From positions 48,154 through 112,153 of the forward strand of contig JADGRH010000006.1 in NCBI GenBank assembly GCA_017881075.1: DNA of 64,000 nt, read 5' to 3'. Position numbers and translations under genes: made by a program. Positions 10,439 through 18,742 of the stretch are shown piece after piece. How positions within the stretch are numbered: the stretch's first letter is position 1; each line of letters opens with the position of its first letter. Under the pieces are notes generated by a model. The model worked only from the letters and a program-made list of their open reading frames with translations. It was not told the origin of the DNA and did no database searches. Origin of the DNA: Minisyncoccota bacterium (GTDB lineage Bacteria > Patescibacteriota > Minisyncoccia > Phycocordibacterales > CAJBRS01).

Positions 10439-10981
10439 TTAAAGGGCACTGCCTGGCCGCCAGGATCTGGTGAGAAACGGTAACAAATAACGATCAAGTC
10501 CATAATATCCGGCAACCTTTCGGGCAAGAACAATACCTATGGCCAAAGTAAACAAAGTGGGATTGGTACTGACCGTTCCGGCAAGAAGATAGTTCAGATT
10601 CATAAAGAGGCCGAAGAATGCGGCAATTCCTGTCAATATTCCAAGAATAAGAGCGATACCAACAAGAAGTTCCCCATAGGCCACAGCATGGGACCAGATA
10701 TTGGTGTGAGGCAAAACTACATTCTGTAAAAAAGAAGCATACCAGCCCGAGACATCAGCATGAGCGCCTGTGGTTTTTTGCATTGCTCCTTGGACAAAGC
10801 CCGTCAGTGCGGAACCGGCATCCGGCCCTGTCCAAACAGGATTAATAACTTTTTCCCAGCCGGCCACAAGCCATTCCCAGCCGACATACAATCTAACAAT
10901 TAACCAAAACCAAGCAAGACGGGTGTCAGAAAACAAGAACTTAGATATAGACGACCTCTCTAATGAAATTTGTTGAGCCAT
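10439..10981 (-). CDS. DoxX-family membrane protein
   Basis: Four TM segments with the WLIVRLYVGWEWLVAGWEK pattern typical of DoxX/DoxD. Confidence 0.65.
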   Translation of the reverse strand: MAQQISLERSSISKFLFSDTRLAWFWLIVRLYVGWEWLVAGWEKVINPVWTGPDAGSALTGFVQGAMQKTTGAHADVSGWYASFLQNVVLPHTNIWSHAVAYGELLVGIALILGILTGIAAFFGLFMNLNYLLAGTVSTNPTLFTLAIGIVLARKVAGYYGLDRYLLPFLTRSWRPGSAL

Positions 10982-11067
10982 GTTAGTTAAAGTTAATAAT
11001 AAGTAAGGTTATTAATATTATCTAACAAGAAAGCTCATTTGGAAAGGAGGTGAGTGTGTTCGTATGA

Positions 11068-11277
11068 TTAATCATTGGAAGTTGCTTCCCACTTCGGCTT
11101 CATTTCTTTACCCCATTTCTGCGGGTCTTCGTTGTGCATCTTTTCCATCTCCTTTGCAACATCAGGATGTTTTTCCATCACGTGTTTTGTCATTGTTGTT
11201 ACCATCTCATCCCACGACTCAGCCGACAACTTCTGGTCACATGCTCCACCCAATTCTTTACAGGTCATTGTTTTCAT
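11068..11277 (-). CDS. DUF1059 small protein
   Basis: MKTMTCKELGGACD... N-terminal signature of DUF1059; 69 aa. Confidence 0.65.
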   Translation of the reverse strand: MKTMTCKELGGACDQKLSAESWDEMVTTMTKHVMEKHPDVAKEMEKMHNEDPQKWGKEMKPKWEATSND

Positions 11278-11477
11278 ATGTTTTTTGTTTAATTGATAAG
11301 GATTGTCAATATTAATGTCGTTTTAGGATACTAGCTATTACAACCGAGTACCGTTAGAACTGATTTCACAGCCCTAATAAAAGATAATTTAAAGATTTTT
11401 ATCGCTAGGTGCACCGTTCGCTTCTTACAGAGCTCCCAGCACACTCCAAAAATATAGTCGCTTCGCTCGTTATTTTT

Positions 11478-11550
11478 GGGTGGCTAGAGAGAATCGGACT
11501 CTCGACTCAAGTTCCACAAACTTGGGTTTTACCACTAAACTATAGCCACC
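11478..11550 (-). tRNA. tRNA-His (anticodon GTG)
   Basis: Reverse complement folds as a cloverleaf: acceptor GGTGGCT/AGCCACC, anticodon stem CAAGT/ACTTG with loop TTGTGGA (GTG), T-arm GAGAG-TCCGATT-CTCTC. Confidence 0.85.
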
Positions 11551-11558
11551 ATAGTAGT

Positions 11559-11581
11559 GAAGCGGCCTTCGGCCGCTTCGT
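11559..11581. terminator. perfect 9-bp GC hairpin (GAAGCGGCC-TTC-GGCCGCTTC)
   Basis: Lies between the minus-strand gene ending at 11620 and tRNA-His. Likely terminator/processing hairpin. Confidence 0.4.
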
Positions 11582-11619
11582 TGTTATTATATATCAGATT
11601 TTAGGGGCCTTAGCTAGAA

Positions 11620-12423
11620 TTATTGACTGATCTTGCTTCTAAGTGCGCCCATAGGATTTAAAATATTTTTCAGAGAACTGTAAGGAATAGTAATCTCCTG
11701 CTCACCGGCGGCATATGAAGCCACCTGATATTCATTGAAAATTACCAGTAGTCCCTGATCGGTGATAAGAAAAGTTCCAAAATTGTCTTCCTTTGGCCCA
11801 GCTCCCACCGCGATTGTGTCGGCAGAAGTATCGGCACCGAGCTTATCTTCCAGGGCATTGATGGAGTAAGAAGAGAGAACGTCCAAGTATTGGGAGCCGG
11901 GCCGGAAAAGACTGACAAGACTAATAGGCTCTCCGGAAGTTAGATCATAATTTGCGGTTACTATAGTCGCTCCCGGATGAGCCGCGCCGGCACTGTAAAA
12001 GTCCTCATTAAACTTGATAGGTAGAATATTTTTAAGAGTTTGATTAGCGTCAATGCTAAAAGTGAGAGCAAAAGTGCTGGCGCCATATTGGCCACCCGGA
12101 TTTGCGGTGCCATCAAAAGAAGATTTGTATGCCCCCGTTTCCTGATTAACCAACAAAACAATATTATCGTTAAGATTTTTTTGAGCCTCGGCATTACTTA
12201 AAGAAAAAACCGGATAGGTAGATGTAATAGAATAAAATTTATCTTTGTTATCTTCGGTAATAGTTTTGGTGGTGTAAGTAAAAGCAGCTTCGAGAGTTGT
12301 AGTGCCGGTCTGAATACTTTTTTCCGGGGCCTGAGTTTTCACCGGAAAGAAAAAGTAAAAAAGAGCGGCAATTATAACAAGGACGAGAAAAAATATTAGG
12401 AGATGAATTCGTTGCGGAGTCAT
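11620..12423 (-). CDS. hypothetical exported protein (N-terminal TM anchor)
   Basis: ORF-track start at 12486 overlaps tRNA-Leu. Internal Met (MTPQRIHLLIFF...) at 12423 is followed by a TM helix, so the start is reassigned there. Confidence 0.5.
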   Translation of the reverse strand: MTPQRIHLLIFFLVLVIIAALFYFFFPVKTQAPEKSIQTGTTTLEAAFTYTTKTITEDNKDKFYSITSTYPVFSLSNAEAQKNLNDNIVLLVNQETGAYKSSFDGTANPGGQYGASTFALTFSIDANQTLKNILPIKFNEDFYSAGAAHPGATIVTANYDLTSGEPISLVSLFRPGSQYLDVLSSYSINALEDKLGADTSADTIAVGAGPKEDNFGTFLITDQGLLVIFNEYQVASYAAGEQEITIPYSSLKNILNPMGALRSKISQ

Positions 12424-12441
12424 ATGTTGATTATAGCACTG

Positions 12442-12523
12442 TGCCCGGGACAGGAGTTGAACCTGCATGCCTTTCGGCGCTACCACCTCAAGGTAGTACG
12501 TCTACCAGTTTCGCCACCCGGGC
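12442..12523 (-). tRNA. tRNA-Leu (anticodon GAG), long variable arm
   Basis: Reverse complement: acceptor GCCCGGG/CCCGGGC, anticodon stem CTACC/GGTAG with loop TTGAGGT (GAG), long variable arm CGCCGAAAGGCATG, T-arm CAGGTTCAACTCCTG. Confidence 0.85.
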
Positions 12524-12529
12524 AAATAT

Positions 12530-13009
12530 TTAAACTACGGGCTCAGCAACTACTTCAGGAGTTTTTACTTCCTCGTCTGATTTTTCTGTAAATGCAGGCG
12601 CTTCAACTGTTTCTTCTTTAACAGCCATCATTCTTTCTTGTCGCATCTGTCGGTTAATTTCTTTGGCTACCTTGTCGCGAACATAATAGAGTTTTGATCG
12701 ACGAACTTTCGCTCGGCGGACCACTTCAATCTTATCAATTAGAGGAGAGTATAGCGGGAAAATTTTTTCCACACCGTAGCCACCGGAAACTCTGCGGACG
12801 GTAAAGGTAGCACCTGCTTCAGTACCATGCTTTCTGGCCAGAACCAACCCCTCAAACATCTGTAGGCGAGTCTTACCCTTTTCCTGAATTTTCTGAGAAA
12901 TACGAACGGTGTCACCGGCTCGGAGGTCGGTCTTTTTTCGCTCTTCCTTGTTTAAAGTGGAAAGAGTGATGATTTTTGGGGTGTTTACGGTCTTTACTGC
13001 TTTAGCCAT
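12530..13009 (-). CDS. rplS: 50S ribosomal protein L19 with C-terminal acidic extension
   Basis: RAGDTVRISQKIQEKGKTRLQMFEGLVLARKHGT...TFTVRRVSGGYGVEKIFPLYSP aligns to L19. Extra C-terminal tail. Confidence 0.9.
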   Translation of the reverse strand: MAKAVKTVNTPKIITLSTLNKEERKKTDLRAGDTVRISQKIQEKGKTRLQMFEGLVLARKHGTEAGATFTVRRVSGGYGVEKIFPLYSPLIDKIEVVRRAKVRRSKLYYVRDKVAKEINRQMRQERMMAVKEETVEAPAFTEKSDEEVKTPEVVAEPVV

Positions 13010-13068
13010 TAGGAGATTAATTTAACACAGGTCTTTTTCATTAGCAAACTGCGGCCTAAGACGCGAAA

Positions 13069-13135
13069 CCCACAACTTTCAGAGAGACTAAGACTTGGGC
13101 AAACGCCCCGGAGTGGTCTCTCTGAAAGTTGTGGG
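13069..13135. repeat. palindromic repeat element copy 1 (27-nt conserved core flanked by 20-bp perfect inverted arms)
   Basis: Arms cccacaactttcagagagac / gtctctctgaaagttgtggg enclose core TAAGACTTGGGCAAACGCCCCGGAGTG. An outer, weaker inverted repeat ggcctaa/ttaggcc extends the structure. Intergenic between rluA-family gene and rplS. Confidence 0.65.
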
Positions 13136-13143
13136 TGAGCGGT

Positions 13144-13878
13144 TTAGGCCGTAAGCTCTAAAGCTCTTTGGAAATCAGACGGAAGCGGTGCCTCTGCCTT
13201 GATAAGAGTGCCGTCCATACTTTTAAACTCAATGCTCTTGGCATGAAGGGCCAGCCGTTCAAAACCGAGAATAGGAGCACGTTTTGGAGCATAGAGCTTA
13301 TCGCAGACAATCGGGTGATTAATGGCTTTGAAATGAACACGGATTTGGTGGGTCCGGCCGGTTTCCGGCCGGACCTCTAAGTAGCTCGCCCCGCCAAGGG
13401 CGGGGCTCGTCTCCTTACTCCTTTTCAAAACCTTAAAATTAGTCACCGCCTCCCTCGCCACTCCTCTTCCCCCTCTTTGTGCCGACCACATCCGAAAATC
13501 TTTTTTGCTTCTGGCGATTGGTCTGTCGATCACTCCTTCGTCCTGCTTTACTTCACCATAAACAAAGGCATGATAAATTTTTGAGATCTCCCGAGTCTGA
13601 AAAAGATTTTTTAAATATAAAAATGATTCTTGAGTTCTGGCCACCACCAATACACCTGAAGTCTCCCTATCGAGTCGATGCACAATCCCAGGTCTGTAAA
13701 TAATTTTTCCGTCGGGTGTTTTCCACGGTTCCCCCACCTCCTTTATCTCCGGATATTTTTCTAAAAGCCAATCGACAACCGAAAGCTCCTTGGTCTTGCC
13801 ATCAGAATGAACGACAAAGCTGGAGGGTTTGTCTAGGATCAGGAGATTTTTATCTTCATGTAACATATTCATATTCAT
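13144..13878 (-). CDS. RluA-family 23S rRNA/tRNA pseudouridine synthase
   Basis: HRLDRETSGVLVVART catalytic-Asp motif and TGRTHQIRVH motif. Contains an internal GC palindrome (13384-13410). Confidence 0.85.
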   Translation of the reverse strand: MNMNMLHEDKNLLILDKPSSFVVHSDGKTKELSVVDWLLEKYPEIKEVGEPWKTPDGKIIYRPGIVHRLDRETSGVLVVARTQESFLYLKNLFQTREISKIYHAFVYGEVKQDEGVIDRPIARSKKDFRMWSAQRGGRGVAREAVTNFKVLKRSKETSPALGGASYLEVRPETGRTHQIRVHFKAINHPIVCDKLYAPKRAPILGFERLALHAKSIEFKSMDGTLIKAEAPLPSDFQRALELTA

Positions 13879-13948
13879 TTTTTCATTGTAACAAAATATA
13901 AGAGCCTTAAAAATAAAACTAGGGCCAAGGGATAAAACCTCAGCCCTA

Positions 13949-14482
13949 TCAAATTACTTGATGCACCAGTTTTTTTTGCAAAGCCTCCTCCCACTCAAAG
14001 ACCTTGCCGTCCGGTGTATTCATGATCTTCGTCAATTCCGATCGACTTATCTTGGTGTTGGCCAAAATAATGCGTTCGGCGACTGCCTGGAGAATGAGAG
14101 CCTCGCGGAATCGCGACCGCTTCAGAAGACCGTTACAATTGAAATCACTTAGTGGAACATTAACGTCCAGTATGTGAAGTCCGATCCGATCGCCCTTATG
14201 CATGATCCTCTGTTTGAGAGAGAGGAAGATAATGGCGGCGGCCGAATTGGCCTCGCCGCGTGTCATTCCCACCGTGGGAATAGGACTTTTCATTATCTGC
14301 TGAGCGAGCGAGACGGAGTTTTGGCTATGTCCGCCAATGCTATTGATGTGAAAAACGATTGGTTCAGTTCCTTCTCTCCCTAGTTGAGCGAACATCTCCC
14401 CGGCCCTTATCAGGACCCCGGGGGTCAGAACCTTGATGCCGGCATGTAGCGGCAGATTAATGATGCGTGGCTGATTGATAAG
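13949..14482 (-). CDS. clpP: ClpP-like serine peptidase (S14) lacking a canonical start codon
   Basis: IVFHINSIGG...GEANSAAAIIFL...RIMHKGDRIGLH matches the ClpP core. ATG ORF is 13949-14395, but homology continues upstream (..RIINLPLHAGIKVLTPGVLIRAGEMFAQL..) to an in-frame TGA at about 14483 with no ATG/GTG/TTG in between. Confidence 0.55.
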   Translation of the reverse strand, partial: LINQPRIINLPLHAGIKVLTPGVLIRAGEMFAQLGREGTEPIVFHINSIGGHSQNSVSLAQQIMKSPIPTVGMTRGEANSAAAIIFLSLKQRIMHKGDRIGLHILDVNVPLSDFNCNGLLKRSRFREALILQAVAERIILANTKISRSELTKIMNTPDGKVFEWEEALQKKLVHQVI

Positions 14483-14571
14483 TCACCCCCTTGTCTAATT
14501 AAATGGTTTGTGCTATACTATACCTGTCGCAACAATAACTTATTATTATCAAATTGTCAAATAATAAAACC

Positions 14572-14772
14572 ATGACATCACCAGAAGAAAATAAAAGTGA
14601 AAGGGTTAACATTACTGCAGAAGAAATTCTCGGGCGTAAATTCGGAGATGTTTTTGGAGAAGGTGGAGAGAATCTTAAATCCATAGTGGTGGAAATGAAT
14701 AATGGAGAAAGAATGACTTTCACTAATATGCAAGAGATAAAAGATTGGAGAGATAGCGAAAAAGAGAGATAA
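14572..14772 (+). CDS. small hypothetical protein (66-72 aa)
   Basis: ORF with ATG at 14572 (track uses TTG at 14554), followed by a strong terminator. Acidic; no recognisable domain. Confidence 0.4.
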   Translation: MTSPEENKSERVNITAEEILGRKFGDVFGEGGENLKSIVVEMNNGERMTFTNMQEIKDWRDSEKER

Positions 14773-14796
14773 CTCCAATTTATAAAAAAGTAAATC

Positions 14797-14826
14797 AAAA
14801 AGCCGCCCAGAGGGCGGCTTTTTGAT
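14797..14826. terminator. bidirectional rho-independent terminator
   Basis: GCCGCCC-AGA-GGGCGGC hairpin flanked by an A-run on one side and a T-run on the other. Confidence 0.7.
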
Positions 14827-14935
14827 TTTATTTGTGGGCGATGAGGGATTCGGTCACGAATAATTTTCTGCTGAAAATTTTCGCGACCCCGCCTCGGCGC
14901 CGACGCACCTGCGGCTTTCTCATCCCTCATCGCCT
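14823..14935 (-). repeat. tRNA-associated conserved module, copy A, fused to a 20-nt duplicate of the tRNA-Val 3' end
   Basis: 14823-14842 is an exact copy of 14991-15010, the 3' 20 nt of tRNA-Val. 14842-14885 carries the conserved hairpin ggtcacgaataattttc-tgct-gaaaattttcgcgacc plus gcgaccccgcctc, shared with 17091-17135, 29683-29731 and 33001-33050. An inner inverted repeat ggcgatgagggat/atccctcatcgcc forms a 13-bp minihelix. Confidence 0.55.
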
Positions 14936-14992
14936 CACAATGATGAATGATTGATTGCTCGAAGAGTCCCCGACTCTTCTCGCAAATCATTG

Positions 14993-15065
14993 TGGGCGAT
15001 GAGGGATTCGAACCCCCGACCTTTTCGGTGTAAACGAATTGCTCTACCAACTGAGCTAATCGCCC
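14993..15065 (-). tRNA. tRNA-Val (anticodon TAC)
   Basis: Reverse complement: acceptor GGGCGAT/ATCGCCC, D-arm GCTC-AGTTGGTA-GAGC, anticodon loop TTTACAC (TAC), T-arm GGGGG-TTCGAAT-CCCTC, discriminator A. Confidence 0.85.
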
Positions 15066-15106
15066 CTGCTTTTGCTAGCTTAAACTATATCTTTCTAGTT
15101 TTCAAC

Positions 15107-16225
15107 CTATCTGATGGATCGGTAGCCACCGACTACACCTTTTTTTGATAGGACAATCTGCCACAATTGAATATTCCGAGCTCTAAAACTACCAGCGAAA
15201 GAGAGAAGATAAAATTGCCACATTCTGTAAAACTTTTTGCCATATTTTGAAGCAATTTCTGGCCAATGTTTTTTAAAATTATTCTCCCAAGCTAAGAGGG
15301 TTTTTTCATAATCTAGTCCGAAATTGTGCCAGTCCTCCATGACGAATTTACTACCAAAGCTTTTACCTATACTAGAAATAGTTGGGAGAGCTCCATTGGG
15401 AAAAATGTAGCGTTCCACCCAAGGATTGTTGGTATCATAGGCTCTCTGATTACTGCCTATTGTATGAAGAAGAAATAAGGCGTGTGGGGGGAGACACTTA
15501 TATACTACGTCCATAAATTTATTGAAATTCTTATACCCAACAGCCTCAAACATTCCTATCGAGACCACCGCATCAAATTTCTCGTTGAGATCCCTATAGT
15601 CTTGCAATCTAATTTCAATAGGCAATTTTTCACATAACTTTTTAGCAAAAGTTAATTGTTCTTTTGATAAAGTGATACCCACGCCGACTATTCCATATTT
15701 TTCGGCAGCAAATTTAAGAAAACTTCCAAAACCACAACCAATATCCAATATTTTCATTCCCGGCTTCAAATTAAGTTTGCGGCAAATAAGATCAAGCTTG
15801 TCTTCTTGAGCCTTATCTAAGTCATCGGTATTTGCCCAATAGGCACAGGTGTACACCATGCGCTTATCGAGCATTCTTTCATACAAATCATTGCCTAAAT
15901 CATAATGGATATCAATTACTTCTTTTGCTTTATTTTTGGTTTGTTTATTTATTATACGAGCAAGCAAATAATCTATGATTAGACCTGGACTTATGGGCAA
16001 ACTCTTTCTAATATTGGCTAGAAGGATTCTATTTATAAATTCATCAACACTTTCAGAATCCCACCAACCTTCCATGTATGATTCTCCTAAGCCTAATGAT
16101 CCTTGGCCTAAAACTCGGTTATAAAAGCGTTCATTGTGAACCTGAATATCCCAGGCACGTGAGCCATTAATTTTTATATCCGCCTTTAGAAGTAGGCTCT
16201 CTATAATCTTTTTTGCTTTATTCAT
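15107..16225 (-). CDS. cfa: cyclopropane-fatty-acyl-phospholipid synthase family SAM-dependent methyltransferase
   Basis: ILDIGCGFGSFLKFAAEKYG SAM-binding motif and overall CFA-synthase architecture; 372 aa. Confidence 0.88.
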   Translation of the reverse strand: MNKAKKIIESLLLKADIKINGSRAWDIQVHNERFYNRVLGQGSLGLGESYMEGWWDSESVDEFINRILLANIRKSLPISPGLIIDYLLARIINKQTKNKAKEVIDIHYDLGNDLYERMLDKRMVYTCAYWANTDDLDKAQEDKLDLICRKLNLKPGMKILDIGCGFGSFLKFAAEKYGIVGVGITLSKEQLTFAKKLCEKLPIEIRLQDYRDLNEKFDAVVSIGMFEAVGYKNFNKFMDVVYKCLPPHALFLLHTIGSNQRAYDTNNPWVERYIFPNGALPTISSIGKSFGSKFVMEDWHNFGLDYEKTLLAWENNFKKHWPEIASKYGKKFYRMWQFYLLSFAGSFRARNIQLWQIVLSKKGVVGGYRSIR

Positions 16226-16379
16226 GTATATTGTTTTTCCCCCTCTCGGTCTATCTCACTAAATGGTGCTCCACTCGCGTCTCGGACGTGGGTATACCAA
16301 GCAGTGTAAGGCTTCCTGAACGATTTTCCAAGTCTTCAATTGAATCCCTTCATATCTGTGTTGACATTATGTACACGAC

Positions 16380-16646
16380 GTGTATACTAGAAATATGGAT
16401 ACATTACATATAAGAATCGATAAGGGCGTTAAAACTAAAGCGGGGAAAACTCTGGCTGATTTAGGCATGGATATGAGTACAGCGGTAAAGATTTTTCTCC
16501 ATCAGGTAATAGTAGATAAGGGTTTGCCTTTTACTCCATCACGAAATACGACAGCTCTTCGAGCCAGATGGGACAAAGAGGTTGCCGATGCTTTAGAAAA
16601 AGGTAAGAGATATAAAAGTGCTGAAGAAGCTCATGCGGATATTTAA
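16380..16646 (+). CDS. dinJ: DinJ/RelB-family antitoxin
   Basis: 88 aa. IRIDKGVKTKAGKTLADLGMDMSTAVKIFLHQVIVDKGLPF matches DinJ. Immediately followed by the toxin gene. Confidence 0.8.
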   Translation: MYTRNMDTLHIRIDKGVKTKAGKTLADLGMDMSTAVKIFLHQVIVDKGLPFTPSRNTTALRARWDKEVADALEKGKRYKSAEEAHADI

Positions 16647-16652
16647 TAAAAT

Positions 16653-16937
16653 ATGTATACTCTCGTTCTGGCTAAGGGCTATGTAAGGTCTTACAGAAAA
16701 TTAAGATATTCGGGCAATTTTACAATCAAAGCCAAAGAAGATTTAGAGTTTGCTATCAACACTCTACTTTTGGGTAATAAATTGCCCCTTGAATACAGAG
16801 ATCATCAATTAAGCGGTGAGCTCAAAGGCTATAGGGATTGTCATATTAAAGGGAACCTCTTACTAATTTATCAGATAAGAAGTAAGGAGCTTATTTTGAT
16901 TTTAGCTAATATTGGAACGCATTCGGAATTATTCTGA
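16653..16937 (+). CDS. yafQ: YafQ/RelE-family mRNA interferase toxin
   Basis: 94 aa. HQLSGELKGYRDCHIKGNLLLIYQI...LILANIGTHSELF matches YafQ. A terminator-like hairpin lies at 16946-16993. Confidence 0.8.
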   Translation: MYTLVLAKGYVRSYRKLRYSGNFTIKAKEDLEFAINTLLLGNKLPLEYRDHQLSGELKGYRDCHIKGNLLLIYQIRSKELILILANIGTHSELF

Positions 16938-16998
16938 AAAAATCCAAAGAAGTCGATGCTTCATCGCACTGTCGAGTGTAAGGATTTTTTGGCTTGTG

Positions 16999-17071
16999 CT
17001 CCTGGTAGGAATCGAACCTACATTGACGGCTTAGAAGTCCGCAGTTCTATCCATTGAACTACAGGAGCATG
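16999..17071 (-). tRNA. tRNA-Arg (anticodon TCT)
   Basis: Reverse complement: acceptor GCTCCTG/CAGGAGC, anticodon loop CTTCTAA (TCT), T-arm GTAGG-TTCGATT-CCTAC. One A-G mismatch at the base of the anticodon stem. Confidence 0.8.
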
Positions 17072-17079
17072 AAAATATT

Positions 17080-17236
17080 ATACAGGAATCGGTCACACAT
17101 AATTTTCTGCTGAAAATTTGCGCGACCCCGCCTCCTCGCCTTCGCTCGTCCGGCCTTGCGCTTTGGGTCCCATCCCAAAGCTCACCTCTCATTACGGCTT
17201 AGAAGTCCGCTGTTCTATCCATTGAACTACGAGGGC
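17080..17236 (-). repeat. tRNA-associated conserved module, copy B, fused to a duplicated 5' portion (positions 1-47) of a tRNA-Arg-like sequence
   Basis: 17193-17236 (minus strand) reproduces the tRNA-Arg acceptor 5' strand variant GCCCTCG, D-arm and full TCT anticodon arm. Then a roughly 110-nt insert contains the shared hairpin (17091-17135) and ends in ..GACCGATTCCT, imitating the T-loop 3' side, 17 nt before the intact tRNA-Arg. Confidence 0.55.
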
Positions 17237-17277
17237 ATTGAATCTATAAAATAGCGCGTAACAGACATGGGCGCAAG

Positions 17278-17607
17278 TTAAAAGGTGGGATCTATCGTGG
17301 TGGGTTTCGCCAAGCGAAGTGCTTCGAACTGCTTCTCCTTTGCATCATAGATGGTCAAAATATTTTTCAGATTATCCCGAGTGGCGGCATCGGCGCCGAC
17401 CGTAGGCGCCGATGCCACTTCAAAAATATCCCCTTGGTTGATCTGCCAGAAAAGATAGGCACTCCAACCAATGGTTAAAAGATTGATGGTAAGAAAAAGG
17501 ATGACCAACTTCTCCCAATCTTTTCTCGGGTCCTGGCCGAAAAAAACTTGGGTTCTGACCTTTTTCTTGAAGAGTTTGCTAAATATGGATCCAATGTTCT
17601 GTTTCAT
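17278..17607 (-). CDS. small membrane protein, last gene of the pilM/N/O-like operon
   Basis: 109 aa, single TM helix. Start overlaps the upstream gene's stop. Confidence 0.4.
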   Translation of the reverse strand: MKQNIGSIFSKLFKKKVRTQVFFGQDPRKDWEKLVILFLTINLLTIGWSAYLFWQINQGDIFEVASAPTVGADAATRDNLKNILTIYDAKEKQFEALRLAKPTTIDPTF

Positions 17608-18215
17608 TATTTTAATTTGGTTACTGAAATATCATAAGATGTCTCCCAGACACTACTTTTTTTAGTGGCTACCGTTGAAATGGAAGTGCTTGAACTACTG
17701 GAGATTGTTTCCGCAACCGTCCCGCCAGTGGAATGAAGATTGATCTGATTAATAGTTAGCTGAAATGGAAGACTCTCAAGAAGAGAAATGAAGTAATAGG
17801 TATTCTGCCAACTACCGTTAGTCCTAAAAGTAATGTGGAGTCTTTCTCGATTGGCCGAAGATGGATTTTCCTCCTCTGTGTTAACTGTCTGAGTTTCATG
17901 ATTAAGATTGGCAAAGGTAGCTAAATTTTCAATGATAGTAATAAAATCAACCGCTCCGTCGCTCTGAACGAAATAGGAATTTATTTTCTGCCTCTCATTG
18001 GTAGTATCGGAAAAAACAGCTTTCAATGAATTGAGGTTGGTTTCTTCAGTCAAGAGTGAGGTGGTCTCATTGCTAAGAGTGGATATTTTTTCGCCAGTCA
18101 CCCGAAGTTCATGAAAAAAATAATAGTAGGCACCAACCATAAGCAGAACCAGGATAAAGAAGCCGATCAATAACTGTCTAACATTGGAAATTCCTTCTTT
18201 ATTTCTTTCAGTCAT
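17607..18215 (-). CDS. PilO-like type IV pilus assembly protein
   Basis: Short cytoplasmic N-terminus, TM helix, coiled-coil periplasmic region. Operon position after the pilN-like gene. Confidence 0.45.
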   Translation of the reverse strand: MTERNKEGISNVRQLLIGFFILVLLMVGAYYYFFHELRVTGEKISTLSNETTSLLTEETNLNSLKAVFSDTTNERQKINSYFVQSDGAVDFITIIENLATFANLNHETQTVNTEEENPSSANRERLHITFRTNGSWQNTYYFISLLESLPFQLTINQINLHSTGGTVAETISSSSSTSISTVATKKSSVWETSYDISVTKLK

Positions 18216-18738
18216 TAGTTTTTAGAGTAATGGTAATAGAAAAATTAATGTTTTTATCTTTAGCAAAATCTGAAATGGGCAGATCCACCTTGCTAAAATC
18301 CGCTACCATCTGAAGATCACGAGAGAAACGGATTAGATTATCGCGATTATCTGCTTGGCCGCCAATAATAATGCCCTTGCCATCCCGACTAAAAGAATCA
18401 ATGCCGATGCCAGTGGTTTTCTTATCCGTAATTTCTTTTACAAGAGTCGAAAAATTAGGGGTTTTTTGGGTTGGTTTTAGAGCGGCTAAATTGTCTTTCA
18501 AGGTAGAGAGAAATGTGGAAATAGACGGGTCGGTCTTGGTTTTAATCTCGTTCTTTACTTGGTCATTTCTGACACTAACGTCAGTTAGTCTCCTTGCTGA
18601 CAGAAGATAGGATGGCAAGAGAAAAACACTGGCTACAACCAAACTTGCCAGAATAAAAATTAAACCAACTAATAGCAGGCGATAACGATACTCGGCTTCT
18701 AATACTTTCTTTTCTTTTTCTGGGAGAAGATGAAACAT
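18208..18738 (-). CDS. PilN-like type IV pilus assembly protein
   Basis: 176 aa, N-terminal TM helix followed by coiled-coil. Overlaps pilM stop and pilO-like start. Confidence 0.5.
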   Translation of the reverse strand: MFHLLPEKEKKVLEAEYRYRLLLVGLIFILASLVVASVFLLPSYLLSARRLTDVSVRNDQVKNEIKTKTDPSISTFLSTLKDNLAALKPTQKTPNFSTLVKEITDKKTTGIGIDSFSRDGKGIIIGGQADNRDNLIRFSRDLQMVADFSKVDLPISDFAKDKNINFSITITLKTND

Positions 18739-18742
18739 GTTT

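Noticed and set aside
11409-11630. 73-aa plus-strand ORF
   Set aside because: Covers tRNA-His and the GC hairpin on the opposite strand. No start context.
14499-15050. 183-aa minus-strand ORF
   Set aside because: Runs through tRNA-Val, the tRNA-associated module and the bidirectional terminator. Low-complexity translation.
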